The translations under genes and the position numbers were made by a program. Below the pieces are notes generated by a model, which searched no databases, was not told the DNA's origin, and was given only the letters and a program-made list of their open reading frames with translations. From contig OZ245039.1 in NCBI GenBank assembly GCA_965224095.1, positions 2,559,715 to 2,623,714 of the forward strand: a stretch of DNA of 64,000 bases, given 5' to 3'. Source of the stretch: Flavobacteriaceae bacterium (GTDB taxonomy: Bacteria > Bacteroidota > Bacteroidia > Flavobacteriales > Flavobacteriaceae). The first letter of the stretch is position 1. Each line of letters starts with the position of its first letter. Positions 47,507 through 57,251 of the stretch are shown here, in pieces.

Positions 47507-49324
47507 ATGGATATAAAAGCAGACGTTAAAAACATATCAGAATTAAAAGACTATTCCTTTATCGTTCCAGATTATCAACGTGAATATGTTTGGAAACCAG
47601 ACGACCAGGTGGAACAATTTCTTATTGACATTGATAATGAGTTTAATCCAAATGTCAAAGAACAGAAGAGCTATTTTATTGGCTCAATTATTATAGTAGA
47701 TAATAATGGAAAGCATGATGTTATTGATGGGCAGCAACGACTTACTACAATTGTATTAGCCCTTTGTGCGTTTCGTGATTTGCTGAAACCTTTAAAAAAA
47801 GGATCAGAAGATATTGGAGAGGAATATCTAAAGTCTATTGAAGGATTACTATATTCATTTGATTTAAAAACAAAAAAGTCAACATATCGTTTGGAACTTC
47901 AATATGAAGAAAGTAAAGGTTATTTAAACAGGCTTATAAATGGCAATGAATTTACAGAAGACAAAAGTCCATCTGTAATAAAAATGGAACTTGCCTACAA
48001 CAGAATGAAATCACATTTTGACCTATATTTAAAAGAAGGATTATCCCAATTAGTAGATTATGTAGGTTATTTTTTAACGTGTATTGAAATAGTGGTTATT
48101 AAACCAGAAAATTTAAGTAGTGCTCTAAAGATTTTTGAAACTATTAATCAAAGAGGTACAAATTTAAATGCAATGGATTTGGTTAAAAACTTACTCTTTA
48201 TAGAAGCTGATGAAGATGAATTTGATTACATCAAAAAAACGTGGAAGAAAATAACAAATAACCTACAGTCTTGTGGTGAAGAAAATAGTCCGCTTCGTTT
48301 TTTACGTTATTTTTTAATGGCTCGTTATCATAATGGTATTATTAGAGAAGATGATATTTACTCGTGGATAATTTCTGCTGAAGGTAAAAAGGCAACAGAC
48401 TATCAAAACAACCCATCTTCTTTTGCTAAAGAGTTAATGAAAATTTCAAAACGCTATGCAGATTTAGTAAATGCAACACAGCATAAGGATAGCAATGGTA
48501 CTTATCCAGAAGTAAATAATATAGGCTATATAAACAAAGTTAAATCTCGTCAACATTTAGTATTGCTTTTGGCATTAGATATTAATGTGTCAAACGAAGA
48601 AATTAACTATTTGGCGAAACAAATAGAAAGCTTTTTCTTTTTTAGTAACACACTAGGTATTCAGGCAAAATACAACGAAAATCTCTTTATTAAATGGGCT
48701 AATGAATTAAGAAAAGAAAAAGGCATTGAACGTATTAAACAGGTTACAGAAGATTTTATAATTCCATATATAAAAGAAAGAATGTCTAAAATACGGTCAG
48801 AGTTTCTTAATATCTTTCATTCTCATTATAATCCTCTTTATAGATTGCGATTCATTTTTGCCAAAATTGAAAACACAATTTTAAAGCAAGCCGGTTTACC
48901 TGAACAAGATTTAAAGTTTTTAGATAAAATGCAGATTGAACACATCTTACCGCAAACACCTAAAGATGGCGTTCTTCCAGATGAATTTGAAGATGTGGAT
49001 GATTATAACAAGTATGTTTACAGTATAGGAAATGTGGTTTTGCTAGAAGCGCAAATAAATCAAGCAGTTAATAATTTTAATGAATTAAAAGGAAATTGGT
49101 TTAATATGAAGCAAGAAGAATATATTAATTCAACAGTAACTTCTGTAAAACTATTAAATGATAAATTTAGAGTAGGTAATAACACAGCGTTAAATAGATT
49201 TAGAACAGATAAAGGATATGTGTTTACAAATTGGAATAAGGAAGCAATAGAAAAACGTCAAAAAATTCTATTAGAGTTGGTTTACGAAACTTGGAAATTC
49301 AACAACAAAAGAATAGACAATTAA
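47507..49324 (+). CDS. DUF262/DUF1524 (GmrSD-like) putative modification-dependent nuclease
   Basis: DUF262 signatures VPDYQREYVW and DGQQRLTT. C-terminal His-Me-like block IEHILPQ ... GNVVLLEAQINQAVNN. Confidence 0.85.
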   Translation: MDIKADVKNISELKDYSFIVPDYQREYVWKPDDQVEQFLIDIDNEFNPNVKEQKSYFIGSIIIVDNNGKHDVIDGQQRLTTIVLALCAFRDLLKPLKKGSEDIGEEYLKSIEGLLYSFDLKTKKSTYRLELQYEESKGYLNRLINGNEFTEDKSPSVIKMELAYNRMKSHFDLYLKEGLSQLVDYVGYFLTCIEIVVIKPENLSSALKIFETINQRGTNLNAMDLVKNLLFIEADEDEFDYIKKTWKKITNNLQSCGEENSPLRFLRYFLMARYHNGIIREDDIYSWIISAEGKKATDYQNNPSSFAKELMKISKRYADLVNATQHKDSNGTYPEVNNIGYINKVKSRQHLVLLLALDINVSNEEINYLAKQIESFFFFSNTLGIQAKYNENLFIKWANELRKEKGIERIKQVTEDFIIPYIKERMSKIRSEFLNIFHSHYNPLYRLRFIFAKIENTILKQAGLPEQDLKFLDKMQIEHILPQTPKDGVLPDEFEDVDDYNKYVYSIGNVVLLEAQINQAVNNFNELKGNWFNMKQEEYINSTVTSVKLLNDKFRVGNNTALNRFRTDKGYVFTNWNKEAIEKRQKILLELVYETWKFNNKRIDN

Positions 49325-49330
49325 AAAATT

Positions 49331-52300
49331 ATGAGTAAAGTAGGCAGTATAGAACGTATTACTCAAAATAGAGTGGTAAAATTATTCCAGTCAGCATTGG
49401 GTTACACCTATTTAGGCAATTGGGAGGATAGAGAAGGCAATAGCAATATTGAAGAGGAATATTTAACCACCTATCTACGTAAAAAAGGTTATAATACTGC
49501 TCAAATCACTAAAGCCATTTATGAGCTAAAAACTACAGCTAATAATTTTAGTGATAGCCTATATACCACTAATAAAAATGTGTATGAGTTACTTCGCTAT
49601 GGTGCAGATATTAAAACAGAAGTAGGTAAAAACACCGAGAAAGTACATTTTATAGATTGGAAAAATTGGGATAAAAATGATTTTGCTATTGCAGAAGAAG
49701 TAACCATAAAAGGTAACAAAACAAAGCGACCAGATATAGTTATTTATGTAAATGGTATTGCTTTAGGAGTTTTAGAATTAAAAAGAAGTACCATAACTAT
49801 AAATGATGGTATTCGTCAAAATATTACCAATCAACAAGACCGTTTTATTCAACCGTTCTTTGCTACGGTTCAATACCTTTTTGCTGGAAATGATACAGAA
49901 GGCTTACGTTATGGAACCATTAAAACACCTGAAAAATACTATCTGAAGTGGAAAGAAGATATTGCAGATAACAGTAGAAATCTGTTGGACAAATATCTTT
50001 TAAAGATGTGTGATAAACAACGTTTTTTGGAAATCATCTACAACTTCATTGTTTTTGATGGAGGCGTTAAAAAATTACCAAGAGTACATCAATATTTTGG
50101 TGTAAAAGAAGCGCAAAAGCATATCAACAGATACGAAGGGGGTATTATATGGCATACCCAGGGGAGTGGTAAAAGTATCACTATGGTGTATTTGGCAAAA
50201 TGGATTTTAGAAAATAATCCAAACTCCAGAGTTGCTATTTTAACAGACCGCGATGAGTTAGATAAACAAATAGAGCGAGTTTTTAAAGATGCTGATGAAA
50301 AAATCTACCGTACAAAAAGCGGTAAAGATTTAATGCAAAAATTAAGTAATCCTACACCAAGATTATTATGTTCTTTAGTACATAAGTTTGGTAAAAGGGA
50401 CGCAGGTAATTTCAAACAATTTATAAAAGAATTAGAAAGTCAACCATCACAAGTAGTTGGCGAATTATTTGTTTTTGTAGATGAATGTCACCGTACACAA
50501 AGTGGTCGTTTGCATCGTACGATGAAAGCAATGTTACCTAATGCTGTTTTTGTTGGATTTACAGGTACGCCGCTATTAAAGAAAGACAAACAAACAAGTT
50601 TAGAGGTATTTGGTAAATACATACATACGTATAAATTTAATGAAGGTGTTGAAGATGGTGTTATATTAGATTTAGTATATGAAGCCAGGGATATAGACCA
50701 GCACTTAACCTCTCAAAAAAGAATAGACGAATGGTTTGAAGCTAAAACAAGAGGGTTAAACGACTTTCAAAAATCTGAAATCAAGAAGAAATGGGGAACA
50801 ACGCAAAAAGTATTGAGCAGTCGTTCTCGTATGGAAAGAGTGGTTACCGATATTGTATTCGATTTTAGTACCAAACAACGTTTATCCTCTCAAAATGGAA
50901 ATGCAATTTTAGTAGCGAGTTCTATTTATGAAGCGTGCAGATATTATGAGTTGTTTCAAAAAACACCTTTAAAAAATACCTGTGCTATTGTTACCTCATA
51001 CACACCACATACAAGTGATATAACTACAGAAGATACTGGTGCAAGTACAGATACAGAAAAAGAGTTTATATATAATTTATATACAGAAATTTTAGGCTCA
51101 AAAACAACAGAACAATACGAAGATTGGGCAAAAGCAAAATTTACTGATGAGCCCGCAAATATGCAACTCTTAATTGTAGTCTCTAAATTACTAACGGGTT
51201 TTGACGCACCGAGTTGTACGTATTTATATATCGATAAGAGTATGCAGGATCACGGTTTGTTCCAGGCAATATGTAGAGTTAATAGATTAGATACAGCAGA
51301 TAAACAATTTGGTTATATAGTTGATTATAAAGACTTGTTTAAAAAAGTAGAAAATGCGGTTGCCGTATATACTTCAGATTTAGATTATGATGATTTTGAA
51401 GCGAACGATATAGATATAATGCTTCATAGCCGTTTAAAGGTTGGTAAGGAAGGATTAGATAATGCTTTAGAAGAAATACATATTTTATGTGAACCTGTTG
51501 CACCACCTAAAGATACGTTAGCTTATATACATTATTTCTGCGGAAATACTGAGATAGAAGAAGAATTAAAAGCAAAAGAGGCGCAACGCACAGCATTGTA
51601 TAAAAAAACAGTTTCTCTCATTCGGGCCTATGCCAATATTGCGGATGAAATGGAAGAAGCAGGCTATACGGAAAGTGAAATAATTAACATAAAGAAAGAG
51701 CTAGACCATTATTTAAAGTTACGAGAGGAAATTAAAAAGGCAAGTGGTGAAACATTGGATTTAAAAACCTATGAAGCGGATATGCGTCACTTAATTGATA
51801 CGTATATTCAGGCGGATGAGCCTGAAACAATTTCCCCTTTTTCAGATATGTCTTTATTAGATATAATTGTTAAATCTGGTATTGCAGATGCTATAAATTC
51901 TTTACCTTATGGTATAAAGTCTAATCAAGGAGCAATAGCAGAAACAATTGAAAATAATGTCAGAAAGAAAATAATTAAAGAGCATTTAATCGACCCTGCT
52001 TTTTTTGAAAAGATGTCTAAATTACTATCTGAAATAATTAAAGAACGTAAGGCAAATGCTATAAGTTATGCAGAGTATTTAGAGAAGATTGCCGAACTTG
52101 CTAAAAAGGTAAATGAAGGCAAGAGTGAAGAAACACCGGACACCCTGGTAACCATAGCTCAAAGAGCACTTTATAATAATTTAGGAAATAATGAAGTATT
52201 AGCTATACTAATTGATAAGGCGGTAAAAAACGTAAAAAGAGATGGCTGGAGAGGAAATTTGCCAAAAGAACGAGAAATTAAAGCGGAAATTTATAAACAA

Positions 52301-52420
52301 TTAACTTCATACTCTGATGATACAGGAATTGATATAGCCAATGAACCACCCGAGCCTTATGGTTTAAAAAATAAAGTTGAATATATTTTTAATATTGTAA
52401 GAGAGCAGAAAGAGTATTAA
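49331..52420 (+). CDS. hsdR: Type I restriction endonuclease subunit R
   Basis: Helicase motifs TQGSGKS, DECHRTQ and FTGTP. N-terminal nuclease region (RPDIVIYVNGIALGVLELK). Confidence 0.95.
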   Translation: MSKVGSIERITQNRVVKLFQSALGYTYLGNWEDREGNSNIEEEYLTTYLRKKGYNTAQITKAIYELKTTANNFSDSLYTTNKNVYELLRYGADIKTEVGKNTEKVHFIDWKNWDKNDFAIAEEVTIKGNKTKRPDIVIYVNGIALGVLELKRSTITINDGIRQNITNQQDRFIQPFFATVQYLFAGNDTEGLRYGTIKTPEKYYLKWKEDIADNSRNLLDKYLLKMCDKQRFLEIIYNFIVFDGGVKKLPRVHQYFGVKEAQKHINRYEGGIIWHTQGSGKSITMVYLAKWILENNPNSRVAILTDRDELDKQIERVFKDADEKIYRTKSGKDLMQKLSNPTPRLLCSLVHKFGKRDAGNFKQFIKELESQPSQVVGELFVFVDECHRTQSGRLHRTMKAMLPNAVFVGFTGTPLLKKDKQTSLEVFGKYIHTYKFNEGVEDGVILDLVYEARDIDQHLTSQKRIDEWFEAKTRGLNDFQKSEIKKKWGTTQKVLSSRSRMERVVTDIVFDFSTKQRLSSQNGNAILVASSIYEACRYYELFQKTPLKNTCAIVTSYTPHTSDITTEDTGASTDTEKEFIYNLYTEILGSKTTEQYEDWAKAKFTDEPANMQLLIVVSKLLTGFDAPSCTYLYIDKSMQDHGLFQAICRVNRLDTADKQFGYIVDYKDLFKKVENAVAVYTSDLDYDDFEANDIDIMLHSRLKVGKEGLDNALEEIHILCEPVAPPKDTLAYIHYFCGNTEIEEELKAKEAQRTALYKKTVSLIRAYANIADEMEEAGYTESEIINIKKELDHYLKLREEIKKASGETLDLKTYEADMRHLIDTYIQADEPETISPFSDMSLLDIIVKSGIADAINSLPYGIKSNQGAIAETIENNVRKKIIKEHLIDPAFFEKMSKLLSEIIKERKANAISYAEYLEKIAELAKKVNEGKSEETPDTLVTIAQRALYNNLGNNEVLAILIDKAVKNVKRDGWRGNLPKEREIKAEIYKQLTSYSDDTGIDIANEPPEPYGLKNKVEYIFNIVREQKEY

Positions 52421-53133
52421 TGCAACAGATTGAATTAGGAAATATAAAAATTGAAGTTGAGCAAAAGGATATAAAAAATATTCATTTAAGCGTGTATCCA
52501 CCAAATGGCGCTGTTCGTATTTCTGCTCCTAACAGAATGGATTTAGACACCATTCGTGTGTTTGCACTAAATAAATTAAAGTGGATAAAAAAACAACAAA
52601 ACACTTTTGAGAATCAAGAACGAGAAACATCACGAGATTACTTAACCAAAGAAAGTCATTACTTTTTAGGAAAACGTTATCTACTAAAAGTAATAATACA
52701 TAACCATCCACCAAAAGTAGTTTTAAGACATAATACAATTGAGTTATTTGTAAGACCAAACACTTCAGAAGTAAAAAGACAAGAGGTTATTGAAGAATGG
52801 TATCGCAATGAGTTAAAAAGAATTACACCAAAATTAATAGCTAAATGGGAAAAAGTAATAGGCGTACAATCTAATGAGTTTGGTATAAAAAAGATGCGTA
52901 CTAAATGGGGTACTTGTAATATAAAAGCTAAAAGAATTTGGTTGAATTTAGAACTGGCAAAAAAGCCTTTAGAATGTATTGAATTTATTATCGTTCACGA
53001 GTTGGTTCATCTATTAGAAGGAACCCATAATGAAGTATTCGTTAGCTATATGAATGAGTTTATGCCAAAATGGAGATTCTACAGAGAACAGTTAAACAGT
53101 TTACCTTTTAGGCACTTAGATTGGAAGTATTGA
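52420..53133 (+). CDS. DUF45/M48-like zinc metallopeptidase (YgjP-like)
   Basis: HELVHL zinc motif and a WGTCN block. The start overlaps the hsdR stop (TAATG). Confidence 0.85.
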   Translation: MQQIELGNIKIEVEQKDIKNIHLSVYPPNGAVRISAPNRMDLDTIRVFALNKLKWIKKQQNTFENQERETSRDYLTKESHYFLGKRYLLKVIIHNHPPKVVLRHNTIELFVRPNTSEVKRQEVIEEWYRNELKRITPKLIAKWEKVIGVQSNEFGIKKMRTKWGTCNIKAKRIWLNLELAKKPLECIEFIIVHELVHLLEGTHNEVFVSYMNEFMPKWRFYREQLNSLPFRHLDWKY

Positions 53134-53216
53134 TATTGTTTTGCATTTAGATTCCCAGAACCTTCTGTACCAATATTGTTAAAACGAAATGGTTCTGCTA
53201 TTATCTAAATTAAATG

Positions 53217-53450
53217 ATTACCCGACTTAACGCTTCCCCAACCAATTAGAAATCAGAAATTCGTAATTAGAAACATTTAAAAGTTTAATCTCGTAATCGT
53301 CTATTCGTTTGTATAAGATCAGATTAAAGCAAAACCGATTCAACGAATCCACAAATCAACACTTCAACCATCAATTAGAAATGAGAAATCAGAAATCAGA
53401 AATCAGGAATCAGAAATCAGAAATCAGGAATCAGAAATTCACCCCCATAA
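53217..53450 (+). repeat. Two dispersed repeat modules with AGAAATC heptad tracts at the right edge of the island
   Basis: 53217-53275 and 53333-53450. The latter carries about 9 tandem heptads (cagaaat/caggaat). Confidence 0.8.
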
Positions 53451-53543
53451 CCATTCCATTTAATCAAAACAAATCCCATCTAATATTTCCTAATCTGGAA
53501 TTCTTTTCTATTTTTACAAAATCGTAAAATTTAAGAGGTTTAT

Positions 53544-53876
53544 ATGCCCTTTGAAGGAAAAATAAAACAAACCCTGGTTTCCATGCTGCTATTAGCGGCA
53601 TTGGCATTCCCCGCAACGGTTCAGTTTTTCCATGTACTCGAAGGTCATGAACATCCAACCTGTAAGGAAAAGGCGGTGCATATACATGAAGATATACCGC
53701 ATTGCGACCTCTGCGCTTTTCATTTAGCTTCTTTTGATTATACCTTATACAACTACGAGCAAATAGGCGAATTTATTGTTCCTTCCCAATCGGAGAAACA
53801 TATTACTCCTATTCTTGTCAGTTTATTTAAACACACTAATTCTCAGTTAAGAGCTCCTCCTTTTTATCCTGTTTAG
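53544..53876 (+). CDS. Small His/Cys-rich membrane-anchored protein upstream of the TonB-dependent receptor
   Basis: TM helix LVSMLLLAALAFPA, then HVLEGHEHPTCKEKAVHIHEDIPHCDLCAFH. Confidence 0.6.
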   Translation: MPFEGKIKQTLVSMLLLAALAFPATVQFFHVLEGHEHPTCKEKAVHIHEDIPHCDLCAFHLASFDYTLYNYEQIGEFIVPSQSEKHITPILVSLFKHTNSQLRAPPFYPV

Positions 53877-53908
53877 TTAATTAATATTTATCATAATCAG
53901 GATTTAAA

Positions 53909-56308
53909 ATGCGTATTTATATTATGCTGGTGCTGCTATTTTGCGGTACTACAGCTATTTCACAACATTGTAATAACACACTTTCAGGAAATGTAATAGA
54001 CCTTCATGACGGTTCGGTACTCGCCGGGGCTACCCTTATTATTGCGGGTACCGAGCAGGCCGTGATGACCGATGAGGATGGGAACTATACCTTTACCGGT
54101 TTGTGTAACCAGCGCTATGCCATTCAGGTATCGCACCCCTTTTGCGTAACCCGGGGGTTTAAGGTAAGAGTATCTGGCAATACCGTTAAGAACTTTCGGC
54201 TGGAGCACCATCTCGAGGAACTAAACGAGGTTACGGTACAGGGAAAAGCCTATGGAGACAAATCCAAAAGCATGCGTGAAAGCGAGATTGCAACGGATGA
54301 GTTGGAGCGCTATCAAAGCGGTTCCCTGGGGGATGCTTTAAACAGTTTGCCGGGAGTTTCCTCATTAAATACCGGGAATGCCGTGGTAAAGCCCCTGATC
54401 AATGGTTTGCACAGCAGCCGGGTGGTGGTTATTAACAACGGGGTGCGTATGGAGGACCAGGAATGGGGAGCCGAACATGCACCTTCCATAGATATCAATA
54501 CCGCCGGAAATATAACCCTTATTAAAGGGGCAGGTGCTTTGCAGTATGGCGGTAATGCGGTGGGCGGGGTTATTATTGCGGAAGCCCCTAAAGTGCAGTT
54601 AAAAGACAGTCTGTATGGAAAAACACTGTTAACGGCGGCTTCCAACGGTCGCGGGGGAACACTGAGTTCTCAGCTTACCAAAAGCTACCACAACGGGTGG
54701 TACGGAACCGTACAGGGAACCCTAAAGCGTTTTGGCGATTTTGAGGCAGCCGATTATGTGCTGAGCAATACAGGAGTTTTTGAGCGGAATGCTTCCCTCC
54801 GGATAGGCCTTAACCAGTATAAATATGGTTTGGAAGGGTATTACACGCTTTATAAATCGGAATTCGGGATCCTGCGGGCCTCGCATTTAGGGGGTGCTCA
54901 GGATCAGGTCCGGGCCAATCAAAGTGATCGCCCCCTGATCATCAATGATTTTACCTATAACATAGACGCACCCAAACAGGAAGTTACGCATCACCTGTTT
55001 CGCCTTAAAGGTTTTATGCGCATCAAAGAACTGGGAAAACTTAGCCTGCAATACGATTTTCAGGATAACAACCGCCTGGAATTCGATATCAGACGGGGAG
55101 ACGACCGCAATAATGCCTCGCTCGATCTGGAGCTAAAAACACATACGCTTCTTCTGGATCTGGATACTCAGGCTTCTGAAAACCTTAATCTCAAAGCAGG
55201 CATCATGGGGAAATACCAGAATAACTTTGCCGATCCCGATACCGGAGTCCGCAGACTGATTCCTGATTATGATAAATATGATCTGGGCCTCTATGCCATT
55301 GCAGATTACCGCTTGAATGACCAATGGTTGCTGGAAGCAGGTGGCAGGTTTGATTATACCTTTATGGATGTTTTTAAATTTTACCGTACCTCTTTTTGGG
55401 AGCAACGAAATTACGGCGATCTCTTTCCGGAGATTGTAGTGGAAGAGTTGGATAATCAGGTGTTGACAAACCCCGAGTTGAAATTTTACAATCCCTCGGC
55501 AACTGCGGGGGTAACCTATAGTCTGGGAGCGCATAGCACCGTATTTTTTAATTATTCCCTGGCCTCCAGGGCTCCTAATCCGTCCGAACTATTCAGTGAA
55601 GGGCTGCACCATTCGGCATCCAGAATAGAGTATGGCGATCTGCGTTTCGATTCGGAATGGTCTCATAAATTCTCACTGACATTTGAGCGGAAAGGAGATA
55701 GGTTTCGTTTTTCGGTAAATCCGTATATCAATACCATACAGGATTTTATAGTAATAGAACCCGTCGGGATTCAGCAAACCATACGAGGTAATTTTCAGGT
55801 ATGGGAATACCGCCAAACGCGTGCACAGCTACTCGGCGCTGATATAGATGCATCGTATGCCTTAAACAATAATATTCATCTGAAGCATCAGCTTGCGCTG
55901 GTAAAAGGATATGACCGCTCGCGAGACAGAGACCTGATTCATATGCCTCCTGTAAATACCCAAAACGAAATTGTATATCAAAATGAGAGGTATCATAACC
56001 TGCGACTGGCTTTACAGAGCAATTATACGTTTCGGCAGAATGATTTCCCAGATAATAATTTTGAAGTCTTTATTCCCGAAACCGGAAGTAGTGAAATAGT
56101 AGATGTAAGCACACCGCCCGGAGCCTATCATTTATTAAATTTTGATGCAGAGATTGACGTTAAACTCAATCCGAAATCAACCCTCAGATTAGGGGTTGGT
56201 ATCAATAATATTTTTAATACCTCGTATAGAAATTATCTGAATCGCCTGCGTTTATATGCAGACGATTCGGGGAGAAATTTTTTAATCAGAATGAAAATCA
56301 ATTATTAA
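53909..56308 (+). CDS. TonB-dependent receptor with carboxypeptidase-regulatory-like N-domain
   Basis: CarbopepD_reg-like start (LSGNVIDLHDGSVLAGATL), plug region, and a long barrel ending in the aromatic KINY. Confidence 0.9.
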   Translation: MRIYIMLVLLFCGTTAISQHCNNTLSGNVIDLHDGSVLAGATLIIAGTEQAVMTDEDGNYTFTGLCNQRYAIQVSHPFCVTRGFKVRVSGNTVKNFRLEHHLEELNEVTVQGKAYGDKSKSMRESEIATDELERYQSGSLGDALNSLPGVSSLNTGNAVVKPLINGLHSSRVVVINNGVRMEDQEWGAEHAPSIDINTAGNITLIKGAGALQYGGNAVGGVIIAEAPKVQLKDSLYGKTLLTAASNGRGGTLSSQLTKSYHNGWYGTVQGTLKRFGDFEAADYVLSNTGVFERNASLRIGLNQYKYGLEGYYTLYKSEFGILRASHLGGAQDQVRANQSDRPLIINDFTYNIDAPKQEVTHHLFRLKGFMRIKELGKLSLQYDFQDNNRLEFDIRRGDDRNNASLDLELKTHTLLLDLDTQASENLNLKAGIMGKYQNNFADPDTGVRRLIPDYDKYDLGLYAIADYRLNDQWLLEAGGRFDYTFMDVFKFYRTSFWEQRNYGDLFPEIVVEELDNQVLTNPELKFYNPSATAGVTYSLGAHSTVFFNYSLASRAPNPSELFSEGLHHSASRIEYGDLRFDSEWSHKFSLTFERKGDRFRFSVNPYINTIQDFIVIEPVGIQQTIRGNFQVWEYRQTRAQLLGADIDASYALNNNIHLKHQLALVKGYDRSRDRDLIHMPPVNTQNEIVYQNERYHNLRLALQSNYTFRQNDFPDNNFEVFIPETGSSEIVDVSTPPGAYHLLNFDAEIDVKLNPKSTLRLGVGINNIFNTSYRNYLNRLRLYADDSGRNFLIRMKINY

Positions 56309-56320
56309 AAACAAAAAACA

Positions 56321-56875
56321 ATGAAAAAATTTAAATTTTTAAGTCTTATAGTAAGTAGCGCCATTTTTTTTGTGGCATGTTCAAACGACGACGACACACC
56401 CGAGCCGGTAAATGAAGAAGAAGTAATTACCACTTTAACCGTGACCTTAACACCACAGGGGGGAGGAACTGCAATTACCTTACAAACCCGGGACCTGGAT
56501 GGAGAGGGTCCAAATGCTCCGGTGATAACCGTGTCGGATAATCTGGCAGCCGGTACTACCTATGACGGAACCATTGTATTGCTCAATGAAACCGAAAGTC
56601 CGGCGGAAAATATTACGGAAGAAGTAGAAGCGGAAGACGACGAACACCAGTTTTTCTTTACCGTTGAATCAGGATTGGATATTACTACGGACTACAGCAA
56701 TTTTGATGGAGACGGAAATCCCTTAGGTACCGAATTCACACTGTCTGCAGGTGCAGCCAGTTCAGGAACATTTACGGTAACCTTACGACACCAACCTACC
56801 AAGCCCAATACGGGGCTGGCAGATGCAGGTGGAGAAACCGATATATCGGCTTCCTTTGATGTGGTAGTCCAGTAA
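56321..56875 (+). CDS. Acidic lipoprotein partner of the receptor
   Basis: Lipobox FFVACSNDDD. 12-nt spacer after the receptor gene. Confidence 0.65.
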   Translation: MKKFKFLSLIVSSAIFFVACSNDDDTPEPVNEEEVITTLTVTLTPQGGGTAITLQTRDLDGEGPNAPVITVSDNLAAGTTYDGTIVLLNETESPAENITEEVEAEDDEHQFFFTVESGLDITTDYSNFDGDGNPLGTEFTLSAGAASSGTFTVTLRHQPTKPNTGLADAGGETDISASFDVVVQ

Positions 56876-56921
56876 CGAAAGTATATAATTACCATTTTTT
56901 ATAGTGTTTAATTTTTGTTTG

Positions 56922-56955
56922 ACCCCTTACAGCTTTGACTGTAGGGGGTTTTTTG
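56922..56955 (+). terminator. Rho-independent terminator
   Basis: ccccttacag-N6-ctgtaggggg followed by tttttt. Confidence 0.8.
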
Positions 56956-57017
56956 TATTTAGAGACCATGACTCCTTTTTATACCCTTGTCTTTATCCTG
57001 AAGAATTAAGAATATAA

Positions 57018-57090
57018 TTATCCGATTCAACGAATCAACGGTTCACTCAACAATCAGAAATTAGGAATTAGAAATCAGAAACTGGAAATT
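57018..57090 (+). repeat. Fourth copy of the tatccgattcaacgaatc module plus a heptad arm
   Basis: aattatccgattcaacgaatcaacggttcactcaacaatcagaaattaggaattagaaatcagaaactggaaatt. Confidence 0.75.
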
Positions 57091-57251
57091 ATACTTCCCT
57101 TAACAGTATGAATCCTGATTTTTAGTAACTTTAAAGAATTCAGTATATCTTGATTTTTTTTTGGTTCGTTTTTTATCAGGAAAAAAATGAAGGGGAACAT
57201 TGTTTTTGTCTTGTACATTCAATAATCATATATAACTAACTAAACAATATC

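Larger units (their letters stand above)
43250..53160 (+). other. A+T-rich defence island (type I R-M with nested genes)
   Basis: Abrupt composition drop: hand count gives 18/60 G+C at 47521-47580 versus 31/60 at 41281-41340. Six co-oriented genes with overlaps or spacers of 10 nt or less. Repeat modules on both flanks. Confidence 0.7.

Noticed and set aside
43250-53160. Prophage, ICE or transposon identity for the island.
   Set aside because: No integrase, transposase, tRNA target or phage structural genes are present. Only defence genes and flanking dispersed repeats are seen, so it is called a genomic island rather than a defined mobile element.
53309-53527. 72-aa ORF (EMRNQKSEIRNQKSEIRNQK...).
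   Set aside because: Its translation simply reads through the AGAAATC heptad tract. It is low-complexity, with no start context, and lies inside a repeat element.
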